DNA of 64,000 nucleotides from Piedraia hortae CBS 480.64. Taxonomy: Eukaryota. Of the stretch, positions 24,240 to 35,039 are shown piece by piece. Below the pieces are notes generated by a model. That model did no database searches. It was not told the DNA's origin and worked only from the letters and a program-made list of their open reading frames with translations. Numbering within the stretch: position 1 is the first letter of the stretch; each line of letters starts with the position of its first letter. Where the stretch lies: NCBI GenBank assembly GCA_010093745.1, contig MU005986.1, positions 62,001 through 126,000 on the forward strand. Direction: 5' to 3'. Both the position numbers and the translations under genes were made by a program.

Positions 24240-24688
24240 TCATATCCGTATTCTGCCAGCAATGGGTGTTTCTAACGGCTCGGCATCACGCCTCCCTTTC
24301 AAAGTACCGTAACCGATAGAGCCGTGACCGGGCGATGGCCATTGCTGCGGTATGTTCTCAAACTTTTGTGTGTAGATCACCTCAACATAGGTCGTAACGG
24401 CCCCAACTTTCGATTGGAGCCATTGTGTAGTAATGGACGGTTGTTGGGCGCCGTCTACAGGAAGTGTAGCGCCCAAATTCGCGTTGCCGCCTGCCTGACG
24501 TGGCCTTTGCAACGTTAGACTTTTCCATTTGAATCACTCCAAGGCAACCAAACTTACATCAGCTCGCTCACGGTCGGCGTCGGGACTGGAGTAGTCATGG
24601 CATTTGCTGCGGTTACAGGAGGCTGTGCTAAGGATGGCGACGTGAGGCCTAGCAGCGCCACCGTATAGGCGAGAATGGGGGACTTCAT
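24240..24688 (-). CDS. Small secreted Kre1-like protein; intron 24505-24557
   Basis: Spliced product MKSPILAYTVALLGLTSPSLA...'TTYVEVIYTQKFENIPQQWPSPGHGSIGYGTLKG', resembling the Kre1 motif. Canonical gtaagt/ctaac/aag intron. Confidence 0.7.
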
Positions 24689-24961
24689 TGTGCGCGGCGG
24701 CTGCTCTTGCGAGCCAGTTGTGCAGGTTGGGTCGAGGGTTTGGAAAAGAGGACTGGCTGGGTGCGAAGGTGAGTGTGAGGTGTGCGACGTGTTCGTATTG
24801 GCAGAGCGTTGGTTGTCAATGTTTACGTCGGTTCATTCCATCTCGGCAACAGCCGAACTGTGTTTGATTGGGCGGGCCGCGTGGCAGGGACCCGCAACGA
24901 CCCCGCACCTGTCAGATGATCTGCACAACCTCATCCTCATCGCCCAAGTAGTCGTCACACA

Positions 24962-25411
24962 ATGCCAATCTCACTGCCCCTTGGCCTCAACTCGCAGCCC
25001 ATGCTTGGGCCCGTCCTCGGCCTTGTGTCCTGGACGTTTGTCATGGAGGCCTGGATGTTTGCCAAGCGCATCCCAGCCTTGTCCAAGTACAACATCGACA
25101 CGCGCCCCGACAAAGTCAAGGGTGACATTGCCGCAAAGGTGCCAGCCCATATCAACTATCTAGCTGATAACTTCAATCATCTCATGGAGCAACCGACCCA
25201 GTTTTACGCAGTGGCTCTAGCCCTTAACCAAATGGGCGTCAAGGACAACTTGTCGGTCAACCTCGCCTGGACTTATGTCGGCCTCCGAGTTGTTCACAGC
25301 CTCATTCAAGCGACTAGCAACAAGGTGATGATGCGCTTCCAGGTGTTTTTGATGAGCTCTCTCACTTTGCTCGGATTGACCGGCAGAACTGTGGGGCTGT
25401 GGTACGAATAA
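24962..25411 (+). CDS. MAPEG family membrane protein
   Basis: 'WMFAKRIPA', 'ADNFNHLMEQPTQFYAV', 'LAWTYVGLRVVHSLIQ', 'MRFQVF'. Confidence 0.85.
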   Translation: MPISLPLGLNSQPMLGPVLGLVSWTFVMEAWMFAKRIPALSKYNIDTRPDKVKGDIAAKVPAHINYLADNFNHLMEQPTQFYAVALALNQMGVKDNLSVNLAWTYVGLRVVHSLIQATSNKVMMRFQVFLMSSLTLLGLTGRTVGLWYE

Positions 25412-25518
25412 TTGATGTCTGTTCACCACTGACTGGTCGTGTACATAAAAAACTATTGTACAGGAAATCTATATCCGCCATGGTCAAACGCCTCGCTATG
25501 CATCCACATACCTATGCA

Positions 25519-26664
25519 TCACAGCAAGTCCCAATTGGGTGTGGCCAAGAACTTTCCCTTGATCTGACCCATGCTCAACGCAAGGCCCTTTGACGGCGTC
25601 TTTGCTTTATTGTCCGCTGTATCGTCTCCAGCCTTCTCTTCTGCTTTAGGCAATGACATAATCCAGACGTCCTGAATACTATCGGACTGTAATCCCATGG
25701 ATACATCCATGGCGAAGCCGCCATAGTCAAGCGTAGCTCGACCAGATTTGTAAACTCGAAGCTTGCCTACCATACCCACTACTTGGGGCGGCTTCTTTGC
25801 CGAGTCCGCGCCTTCGGTATCTGTGTTGCTTTTGTCGCCAATTCCCTTCGCATCCGCCGAGCGGGGCTCGCTCCTGCCGGGCAGATTTACAGTCTGAAGC
25901 TTCGGGAGTAAAGCCGGGAGTTGAAATAAGTAGACCTTATCGTCCTTTTTGTTCCGGCCCCCCTCGGTAGCTGAGGAGCCGAGCTCAGATACAAGGAGTT
26001 TGCGATCAGCTTCGCAGCGTTCCCACTCTTCCTTTTCTTGCTGCGTGTGGAACTGTGGATGCTCAGTTGCAAGGCTGGCTGCTTCTTTTGCCGTTGATAT
26101 CTGCACTTCAGAATCCGAGTCGTCATCATCGCTGCTACCACCTTCTTCAGCCACAGCAACGCCGTCCGCATTAAGGCCGAGTTGTCGCTCGACATGTTCA
26201 TGACGCCGTGTGCGAACAGGCTCAGATTGATCGTCGACAAGCGAGAGAGCTTGGATATTTAGTCCTTGGACATCATCATTCTCTTGGTCAGGTACTTGAG
26301 ACCAATTACCAGAGGTCATTATGCTATCCCCATCGGAATCCGTCTTTATCCTAGCACCGCTTTCACTGCCGAAGCCAGAGTAACTGCCGCGCGAACCTCC
26401 ATCTTCAGTCGACATTTTACCTCTAGCCAAGGGTCCGCTGCCTGCCGATGCACCCATATATCCACCTCTGCCCTGTCCTACGCCTCGTCTCCTCCATAGT
26501 CCATCACGACGAGCTTCGGCCGCATCTTCTGCGGCTCTCAGTTCTGCCTCTTTCCTTTGGCGCTCTTCTTCCGCCCTGATAGCCTCGTTGCGGTCTTTCT
26601 GTGACCGACGTTGTCTATACTTGGGAATTTGCACGGGTTTTGGGGGCCTCGAAGGTGTCGACAT
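25519..26664 (-). CDS. RPC53: RNA polymerase III subunit RPC4/C53
   Basis: 'VYLFQLPALLP', 'GMVGKLRVYKSGRATLDYGG', 'MGQIKGKFLATPNWD'. Confidence 0.85.
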   Translation of the reverse strand: MSTPSRPPKPVQIPKYRQRRSQKDRNEAIRAEEERQRKEAELRAAEDAAEARRDGLWRRRGVGQGRGGYMGASAGSGPLARGKMSTEDGGSRGSYSGFGSESGARIKTDSDGDSIMTSGNWSQVPDQENDDVQGLNIQALSLVDDQSEPVRTRRHEHVERQLGLNADGVAVAEEGGSSDDDDSDSEVQISTAKEAASLATEHPQFHTQQEKEEWERCEADRKLLVSELGSSATEGGRNKKDDKVYLFQLPALLPKLQTVNLPGRSEPRSADAKGIGDKSNTDTEGADSAKKPPQVVGMVGKLRVYKSGRATLDYGGFAMDVSMGLQSDSIQDVWIMSLPKAEEKAGDDTADNKAKTPSKGLALSMGQIKGKFLATPNWDLL

Positions 26665-27155
26665 GGAATTGTTGATGTGGCTCTGAATTTATTTGGCGAG
26701 ATCGTGCATGACGACATGGGTACGGGCCCGCTGCAACTCGTATGCCAAGACTTCTTCGCACACTAACCCCACTTCTCAAAACTGATTCTTATTTCATCTC
26801 ATTTCAACTTCCTGCAACCTCACCATCATATTCACACGAAAATTCCGAGACAATTAGGGGAAATGGTTGATCGGACCAGGCGGTGTGTAAGATGCGTTCA
26901 ATCCAAGTTATCTTACTTGGCTTGATTATCTGGGTAGCCTTCCGTCTTATATAGAAATGATTGATCCTGTGGAAACTTTCAGATTGCCCTAACGTTTCAT
27001 CTGTCATCCACTCGGGCAAACGTTTGATTGACCAAGTTCGCGGTTTGGTCAGTGAAGTGCTTTCGACTCCTCTATACAGGACTCAGTTCAGCACATCATA
27101 GAACTGCATCCACAAACGCAGAGAATTACATGTGCTGTATGCATCCACTCCAAAA

Positions 27156-29753
27156 CTACAGTTTAACCCCTCCACTCTCCTCATCCGACTCATCCAACTC
27201 ATCCGATCCATTTTCACCATCTGATTCCTCCTCACTCTCCTCATTAGATCCCTCCCCACTCCCCTCCCCACCATCCACCTCCTCCTCACCATGAACAAAA
27301 TACTCCGCCTTCAACCCAAGATTAATCCTCCTAGCAGGAACATCAACCTTAAGCACCTTAGCCTTAACCAAATCCCCCACCTCAAACAAAGCGCTCGGGT
27401 CCTCAACTATCCTCGCCGCCATTTCCGACCTATGACACAATCCCGAAAGCCTCGGTCGCGTCTTATCAATATCCACAAAAACCCCAAACGTCTCCACCTT
27501 GCGCACCTTTCCCGTGACAACCATATCCTCTTTCAAGTTCGTCAACGTCAGCGCAGTTTCATCATCCACCCCTTCCGGGGGAGGTTTACACGAAACTTTC
27601 ATTTTCTCTGCGTCGGGGTCGACAGATAGGATGCGGACGGAGACAGTTTGGCCTATTCGAAGGCGTTGGTCGATGCTGGGGACGAAGGTCTCGCTTAGCT
27701 CTGCTAAAGGGAGCCAAGCGCGCACGTCGCCGAAAAATTGGACTGCGGCACCGCTTGGGAGGAGACGCACGACGGTCCCTTTCGATTCCATGCCGGGTTT
27801 TAGGTCCGCGTAGCTGGTCCAGACTTTGGGTTCTTTCACCAGGAGTTTTTTGAGGGTGAGGCGGAGTTTGTGTTTCTCGATGTCGATGGATAGGACGCGA
27901 GCCTTTACGGTTAGGCCGGGACGATATTTCCGTTCGGGGTGCGAGAGGTGGACGTCGCTCAGGTGGGTCTCAGGGACGAGGCCGGTGACGGTGTCGCTGA
28001 GCTTGACTAGGATGCCAACGATGCCGGTTTTACCGCCCAAGATGAGTTCCTCGACGGTGCCCTTGACGACCTCGCCGACTCGAAGGTCTTCGAGGCGGAG
28101 GAATTGTTGCGTCAGGATACTGGGTTTGAGAGAGACGTAGTGGAGGTTGTCCATTGGGTTGAAGTTGAGGATGCGCGCTCGGTGGGTAGAGTTGACTGGG
28201 TAGGGTCCCGTTGTGGTGGCTAGGACGTCTATGTGTGTGTCGGAGACTTGGGAAATGTGCGCAAATGCTGCGGCGGACTTGTCGTTGGTTGAGAGGAAGA
28301 GGCCGCGGTCTGGAAGGACGTGGGTGACTTTGGCCTTCTCTATGATAGAGCTTATGGACAGAGTCTTGTACCATGCACTTGCCTGGGAGGTGGGCGGGGG
28401 TAATCGAAGGAGAGGCTCAAGTAGACTGGCTCCAATCTTCCGTCTATCATCGTCGACGGGAAGTGACCAAGTGATGCGAGCATCGATTTTGGACCCGATT
28501 TTATATTTCTGGCTCAAATTAACGTCTTTACTGGCGCCGATGCCGGTGTGCATGATATCGACGATGATGTCGACCATTCCCATTACTTTTCCAGCTACGC
28601 CGCCCGGTCCAGACTCGGTTATCAGCAGTTGTACAGCTACGCCGGGCAAGAAAGCCCTTACGGTGGGGGCCTCGCCGAGGACAGGCGCGCTGCCACGCTT
28701 CTGGGTAGTTAAGGCGGAAAACCGAGCAGGGTTGGGAGAGAGCTTGACCACTTTGCCGTTGCTGGCTTTTCCTGTGACTAGACAGAGCATGACCTGGCCT
28801 TCTTGTATCTTTTCAATATTAAAAACCTGACCAAGCTCCTTTTTGCCGATGAAGCCTTTGACCTGAGCATCTGCCAGTCCGAGATCCATAATCAGCCCGT
28901 GGTCTTCCATGCTGCGTACCGAAGCTTGCACCAACGAGTTCAGAACAACATCATCGCCATCCAGCTGGTCATTTACATGTTTGGGATCTAGCGACAGCTT
29001 GATACGTCGTGTATTCTTCGCCTTGTCAGCCGCCTCCGAACCAGTTACAGTGACAGCAGCACGTAACCATTGGCCCAGGTGGAACATTCGTTCAATCGCA
29101 AAACCCTGTTTATCTGTTTCCTCATCATCATCGCTTGCATCAGGCCCAATCATCCCCTCCAATTTCGTGGTCAGCGTCTCGGAAATCGCCGTCAGAGGGA
29201 TATATCCCGTCAGGTTATTAGGCAGCGCCAGTGCGATATCCTTATCCGTGATTGCCGTCACACATCCCAACACAATGCTGCCAACCACAAGATTCTTATA
29301 ATTCAGACCGTGGATCCTGAGACCCTGTGCCTTCAGCTTCTTAACCTCCTTCTTGTCCTCCTTCTTCCCCGCCTTTAGCTTCCTCTTCTTTACCGGCGCA
29401 GCAGCCGTCGCTTTTCCGTCCCCATCGAGCTCATACTCTTGGTCATCTCCAAAATCATCCCTCGCATCTGCTTTCAGTCCAGTGCGCTGCTCAAATAGGA
29501 CATCTCGCTCAGCCCGCGCTCTAATTTCCTTGTGCTCGAAAGGTGTCAGGACCCCAGCTCCGCCACGGGGAAATGTGCGCTCCTCGGCCTGTAGGATCGA
29601 GTTCACCACCGGGTTCCTCTCTCCTTCCTTGTTCTGCTGCTTCTTCTTCTTCTTCTCCTCTTTGGGCTTCTTCTGGCTGGATGTTTCCGACGATACTTTG
29701 GCCTTTTTGCTGGATCGCTCGGTCACAGGGGCTTTACGTTTGACTGGTCCCAT
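27156..29753 (-). CDS. RRP5: Rrp5 N-terminal half (about 7 S1 domains + acidic tail) as a stand-alone gene
   Basis: 'FPRGGAGVLTPFEHKEI', 'ALALPNNLTGYIPLTAIS', 'SMEDHGLIMDLG', successive S1 repeats, last S1 ending 'RRINLGLKAEYF', acidic tail, stop. No HAT repeats. Confidence 0.92.
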   Translation of the reverse strand: MGPVKRKAPVTERSSKKAKVSSETSSQKKPKEEKKKKKQQNKEGERNPVVNSILQAEERTFPRGGAGVLTPFEHKEIRARAERDVLFEQRTGLKADARDDFGDDQEYELDGDGKATAAAPVKKRKLKAGKKEDKKEVKKLKAQGLRIHGLNYKNLVVGSIVLGCVTAITDKDIALALPNNLTGYIPLTAISETLTTKLEGMIGPDASDDDEETDKQGFAIERMFHLGQWLRAAVTVTGSEAADKAKNTRRIKLSLDPKHVNDQLDGDDVVLNSLVQASVRSMEDHGLIMDLGLADAQVKGFIGKKELGQVFNIEKIQEGQVMLCLVTGKASNGKVVKLSPNPARFSALTTQKRGSAPVLGEAPTVRAFLPGVAVQLLITESGPGGVAGKVMGMVDIIVDIMHTGIGASKDVNLSQKYKIGSKIDARITWSLPVDDDRRKIGASLLEPLLRLPPPTSQASAWYKTLSISSIIEKAKVTHVLPDRGLFLSTNDKSAAAFAHISQVSDTHIDVLATTTGPYPVNSTHRARILNFNPMDNLHYVSLKPSILTQQFLRLEDLRVGEVVKGTVEELILGGKTGIVGILVKLSDTVTGLVPETHLSDVHLSHPERKYRPGLTVKARVLSIDIEKHKLRLTLKKLLVKEPKVWTSYADLKPGMESKGTVVRLLPSGAAVQFFGDVRAWLPLAELSETFVPSIDQRLRIGQTVSVRILSVDPDAEKMKVSCKPPPEGVDDETALTLTNLKEDMVVTGKVRKVETFGVFVDIDKTRPRLSGLCHRSEMAARIVEDPSALFEVGDLVKAKVLKVDVPARRINLGLKAEYFVHGEEEVDGGEGSGEGSNEESEEESDGENGSDELDESDEESGGVKL

Positions 29754-30559
29754 TGTCGGCGACTTCTAATCAAGCTGGCGCGAAGTGGGAGGAGGGATTT
29801 TTTTTCCTGGCCGGGGTATGGCGGGCCGGCCCGAATTCTCCGCAGTTGAGTAAGCGACTCCTGCTGTGGTTTGTGCTTGGCGGCATCACGCAACATAATT
29901 GAAAGCTCACTTTGGCCAGTGGGCATGTTTTGTTGTACTACTGGCACTTCCATACATATTTCCCCTGGTTTAATAGCGAAACTTACAGTCACCCGTGAGG
30001 AGGTCTCTAGTCATCTCTCTGCCTAACGACTTCGCTTCAGCTGGTCGATGTAAACAGTAGCAGGATACAATTTTTGTCGAGTCTGGCTAGGTCGTTTACT
30101 AGACCATACTTGATGGGAGTTTTTGTGACATCGTCTCAAACCAGCCAGAGGAGGTTTGGGTGATAATTTTCCTACGCGGGCTCTTCTTTCGCAATGCAAA
30201 CGGTTATGATGGTGTGGTAGTATGGTTACCGGTACTGTGAGTAACCGATTTGTCACGGTAATGGACAAGTAGGCAATATGCCGGGACTCATAGACGATAC
30301 GGCTAGTGATCGTAACCATTGCCGGGTGGATATATACGTGAGAGTGAACGGGGTTGTCATCTACGTCTGCCTTGGCTGAGGTATGCTCACTCGTGGGAAA
30401 AGCACGGGCTGGTGATATAGGCAGACCGGACAGGTGGCCCACTCTTGGTTGTTCGTTGGTTTCATAACGTTGACTGGAAAGCTTCTAAACTTGATAGCCA
30501 TATAGACAGATCCACAATCTCACCCTCAGATGGGCTATTCAGCCTCACATCGACGTGCG

Positions 30560-31879
30560 TCGTCTGAACGCAGTCTCAATTGCTCGTTACACCGAGCGTT
30601 CTTCAGGTCTAACCAAAAAGAGTCTGGGGATGTGAGCTTTCAAGACTCGATCAACATCCACCGCCACTTGGTTCATCTGCGCTGGGTCACGCCAGGGGTC
30701 AAAACTGTCGCGCAATCAGTATCATGCATTCACAGTGAAACAGAAAAGATCTGATCTCTCAGGCAGAAGTCTTGCCACACATAGCATTCGAATGTTCGGA
30801 AAAAGCAGTGCCGGCGTCTGCTGCAGAGCGAGAACACCGAACGAGGCATTGGTTTCAAAATATGTCACATCTGGACATAAGCTGCTCAATGCGACAAGCG
30901 TTGCTATGCTGACAGTGGGAATATAATTGCGGGGGATCAAAAAATCCTTGCAGGTTCGGAAGACAGGCAAGGACGGCGATTATGTGCTCGTCGCTCAGGC
31001 CAGTGACGTTGATTTTCCTCAGGTTCTTTGAAACAAGTTCGAGACATTCCAATGACCTTAGACGCCTGAGACTGGGAAAGTCTTGCGGGCTTATGATTGC
31101 ATCGCATTCGCATTCAAAAGTGATGCACAACACGCATAGTGATGAGATCTCGCCAAGGATACCCAGAACGTTCACACGGCCGGGATCAACGATAATGAGA
31201 AAAGCCCTCTGGAGACCTCCTACGATGCCGGGAAGGAATGGCACTGAAGCTGCGCTGAGGCTTATAATGAGGACCCGAAGATTTGGGGAAGGCAGGCTCC
31301 TTGTTTGACGCTAGCTTCTGAAAAACTTCGGAGTCCAAGTAGGTGGAATTTACGCAAAATTTTTGTGAGCAATCATGTTGGAGCGCGGGGATCTCTTCGC
31401 CGCCGCATTTGAGGCCCGAAATTGTTAGAGCCTCAAGGTTAGGAAGGGCGCCGTGCTGGGATGAGGTAGGCCAGATCATCTATCCTTTCCACGCTGCCTC
31501 CACGTGTTATATCAGGTTCGGTTGGAGGTATTGGGCGATGAATAATTTTCCTTGACAGGAATTATGAAGTACGTAGAAGTTGACTTCAGTGAGCATCAGA
31601 AAGGATAGGTCTCTAAATCCTCGTTGGTATTTGCTTTCATGCTTGCCATCCAGAGGCACAAAGACGACGAATCTTGTTTGCATAATACTGCCTCTGGTCA
31701 AAAGTCGCAATCCTGCTGAGTTGTCTTGTAACAGACTTTCAGAGAAAATCAGTGCCAGCGTCTGCCAACTCTTTGCAGGCCAAACTGAAGCTGAGCAGAG
31801 CTTCTTGATCGCTTGCCACCTCGCGTGCGATTGCCAATACAATCTCTAGCGGGACATGTATCTTGTTGTCGATGAGCAT
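30560..31879 (-). pseudogene. Probable F-box / leucine-rich-repeat gene relic
   Basis: F-box-like 'VPLEIVLAIAREVASDQEALLSFSLACKEL' then a stop. Downstream fragments in different frames read 'LPNLEALTISGL', 'FPSLRRLRSLECLELVS', 'LACLPNLQ'. Boundaries approximate. Confidence 0.5.
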
Positions 31880-32061
31880 GGTGTTGAGTGATTGGAATAA
31901 ATCACCCGTTCTGCGGGGCAACCATCAGACACCTTCAGTACTCCGTACTAACCGAACTGAGTATGGTTACCATATCAATGCAAGAGTAAGCAGTCAACAT
32001 AACTGTTGCCATCCATCACCGAACCAATAGGAACCTACCTACTGATTCCACACCAATCTTC

Positions 32062-33201
32062 TCACCCCACAAGTTTGGTCTTCCCATATGCACCCCCAAG
32101 TTTCCTTCTCTCCTCAAGCGCGGCCTTATACGGCGGGGCCGTAGGCGGCTGCACGGGCTCGAGGGAAACATACCCTTCTGGTAACTTATGCGAAGCATCT
32201 GCATCGAAAGCAGAGAGATCCCCACAGGCCAGGAAAGGAGGAATCCATCTATTCCCACTCTCGTCACCGAAATCCAATTCCGTGATTCCGTGCTCGTTGA
32301 CTACCCTCCTTGCAGTAGAGTCCCTGCTAGCAGTAGCTTCACTATCTTCCTCATCCTCACCAAACCTGACCTCAGTGATTCCCAACTCACCAACCCCCCT
32401 CGTAGCTTCTCCTATCTCCTCCCCTTGCGAAGCCTCTCCCACCTTCAACCCATCCCTCCCCACCCCCTCCAAAGGCCTAAATCCAGTACAAACCACAAAC
32501 GCCTCTAGCGAACTCTTCCTACTTGCGCGGGGCTTCGCCACAACCACACTCTCAAACAGCAGCTTTAGCTGAAAATAAAGCAAATCCACATCCTTTGCGC
32601 GGAAAATTTTCGCTACGAACCTGCCGCCCGGTCTGAGGATTTGCAGTGAGAGTTTGAGAGCAGCCCATACGAGCTGAGACTGGATGTATATGTCCAGGTC
32701 GTGGAGGCCAGTCACGTCCGGTGCCCCGTCTGAGAGGACCAGGTCTACTGGACGTGGGTGGGGCGCCTCGCGACCTGCTTCGCGGGATGGGGATGCTTCA
32801 CCGAGGGCGCCGAGGAGTAGAGGGATGGTAGAGGGATGGGTGATATCTGCTTTTAGAGAGATGATTCCTTCGAGGGGGGACATGGGCTGGAGGTCTATTG
32901 CAACGATTTTGATCTCATTGTTGGTAGGTCTGGTTGGGGGGTTGTGTGGTAAAGGTGATGGGTTGTGACGTGTGTCTTGCCATGATGTCTGGTTGATGTG
33001 TTCGCCCTGGATGAGGACGCGTGAGAGGACTTGTGACCAGCTGCCGGGCGCGGCGCAAAGGTCTACCACGCGGGTCACGCCGGAGAAGAGGTCGAATTCT
33101 TGGTCTAGTTGAAGGAGCTTGAAAGCTGACCGCGCGCGCCAGCCTTGTTCTTTGGCGAGACGGTAGTATGCGTCGCGCTTATCTTTGGAGGATTTACCCA
33201 T
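32062..33201 (-). CDS. TRM7: tRNA (cytidine32/guanosine34-2'-O)-methyltransferase
   Basis: 'MGKSSKDKRDAYYRLAKEQGWRARSAFKLLQLD', 'VDLCAAPGSWSQV', 'DGAPDVTGLHDLD', 'PVQPPTAPPYK'. Confidence 0.97.
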   Translation of the reverse strand: MGKSSKDKRDAYYRLAKEQGWRARSAFKLLQLDQEFDLFSGVTRVVDLCAAPGSWSQVLSRVLIQGEHINQTSWQDTRHNPSPLPHNPPTRPTNNEIKIVAIDLQPMSPLEGIISLKADITHPSTIPLLLGALGEASPSREAGREAPHPRPVDLVLSDGAPDVTGLHDLDIYIQSQLVWAALKLSLQILRPGGRFVAKIFRAKDVDLLYFQLKLLFESVVVAKPRASRKSSLEAFVVCTGFRPLEGVGRDGLKVGEASQGEEIGEATRGVGELGITEVRFGEDEEDSEATASRDSTARRVVNEHGITELDFGDESGNRWIPPFLACGDLSAFDADASHKLPEGYVSLEPVQPPTAPPYKAALEERRKLGGAYGKTKLVG

Positions 33202-33398
33202 TTTGTGGTGTGCTAGGTAGAAATTGAAAATTTGTGCGAGGTTTGTTGAAGAGAATTTTTGGCATCCACCACTACCATTACTATCTGTACATGACTTGCG
33301 CAAATACGCCTATGCTACAGTGCTCGGTTCGATCGCCAAGGACCGAGATGTCGGACTTGAATTACAGAGTGAAGACCACGCACCGTACCAGGTGCTGT

Positions 33399-34683
33399 TT
33401 AGAAGGGAGGAGAGGCCGGAGTGACAGTTTCCTGCATCCTCATCGCCTCTTCTCCACTTGCCTCGATTGACACTGCCAATCCAAGTTTTGCCGCATTCTA
33501 TCCCAGTTAGTCAGCGTATCAATGTTATCGAACAACACGACGTACCTTGGAGTGGTCCATTTCCCCAGCAAATGTTACACGAACGGCGGGGGCAACGACC
33601 TTCTCCAGCAGGCAACCGACTTTGCCTTGACTATCGATCTGGGCGCGGAAGATGCTTCTGGCGAATTCATATTTTGCGCCAAACGTCGCGGAGCTCTGAG
33701 CCTTGCTGTCGCCCATCAGAGCGTTTAGGCTTGTGGGATCGGGCGGCTGAACGTTAACGTCCATGCCAGCCTCGACCTTGTCTGTGAGTCTTTTCCAATA
33801 CGTCGCCTGTAGACCGCCCCGCGCAAGAAGCTGAGCCGAAGCGATCCAGTCATTGGCCTTGTACCGCATGCCATACGTGAGGACCGACTCCATGGGCATG
33901 CCACCACCAGTCTTTTGGACAAGGCCCTCAATTCCCAACGACAGACGAGGGGTCACCGATTGCAAGTAGGAGCCAAGGAATAGCCCCGTCAGCCCGCCTT
34001 CCAGGATGCTAGGGTTGATGCTCTTTAGTGAAGCCGTGAAATCGTCTCCCGTGTAGTCCTGCTCAATAGAGACCTGTGCACCGCCAGGAGACATTGGACC
34101 TGCGGCTTGCAGCTGCACGCTGTGCTTCAAAGAGAGCCGAGGACTCGCAGCGAAGTTGAAGCGTCCGGAAAAGGAGGTATCGGAATCGATTTGGCCTTGG
34201 CAGAGTAGCTAGTCGCTGTTAGCAAAAAAAGGTCGAAGACCAACGCGCATGGAACTTACCTTGTTGGTGCCGTAGATGGCGAGAAAGGTGTAAGGCGAAA
34301 GTATCTGGCTGCCGGTGGAGAAGGCATGGCTGATCTGGAACAGTGGATTGAGCGACAGGCTGGAAAGTTAGTACATGTAGGTATTTGCAAGGTGAATATA
34401 ATCACCTCTTGTTCAACTCGGCGCGCAGCCCGCTGAACATCTGGTTGGTCAAAAAGACGGAGCGTTGCGTCTCTGCCGCAATGTTCTCGAAAGATCCCGG
34501 ATTCCTTAGCCCTAGCGCCGCTCGTCTCTGGTGGAACGAATGGTAAAGATCCGAGACTACATCGAATGAGGAGTTTGATGGCATTGACGGTAATGCAGAT
34601 TTCTCGCTGGAAGCTGCTGACACGGGCACGGCGCCATCCACCGGCACCGTGACGATTTCCTTTTCCAATGGGACAGCGGCCAT
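33399..34683 (-). CDS. TOM40: Mitochondrial import channel Tom40; introns 34360-34405, 34209-34259, 33498-33545
   Basis: '[12 protein letters not shown]', 'SGLRAEL', '[14 protein letters not shown]', '[28 protein letters not shown]'. All three introns splice in frame. Confidence 0.95.
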
Positions 34684-35039
34684 GTTGCTACGTTGATCTG
34701 AGCACTTAGCGGCTTGCAAAGAGGTTGCGAGGTGGTCAGACTTGGCGGCGATGTTCGCCTGTCGCACTTTTGAAAGCCTATCACGCTAGCCCCAATTTGG
34801 GCTAAACCTCGGGGCTTCTTCAGCCATGTCACAGCTGCCGACTGCTGGGCGTGTCATGGACGTGGTGACGCTCTCAGGCCCAGTGAAGGCAGCTTCGACT
34901 TAATATTCCCAGTCATTGGTAGCTTCTCCTCAACTGCACCTTCTTCTTCTTCTTCGACCCGTAGAGTTCCACAAACATAAGCGGCGTTGTTGATGGAACT
35001 CCAGCATTGAATATCAAACATCACTCAACCTCCCTCATC

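Noticed and set aside
19000..26700. RiPP biosynthetic cluster around the KEP
   Set aside because: No DUF3328, tyrosinase, P450, peptidase or transporter is recognisable; the neighbours are housekeeping genes.
23953..27155. The two RRP5 halves as exons of one gene with nested genes
   Set aside because: The S1 half ends in a stop after an acidic tail, and the HAT half has its own ATG and duplicated leader.
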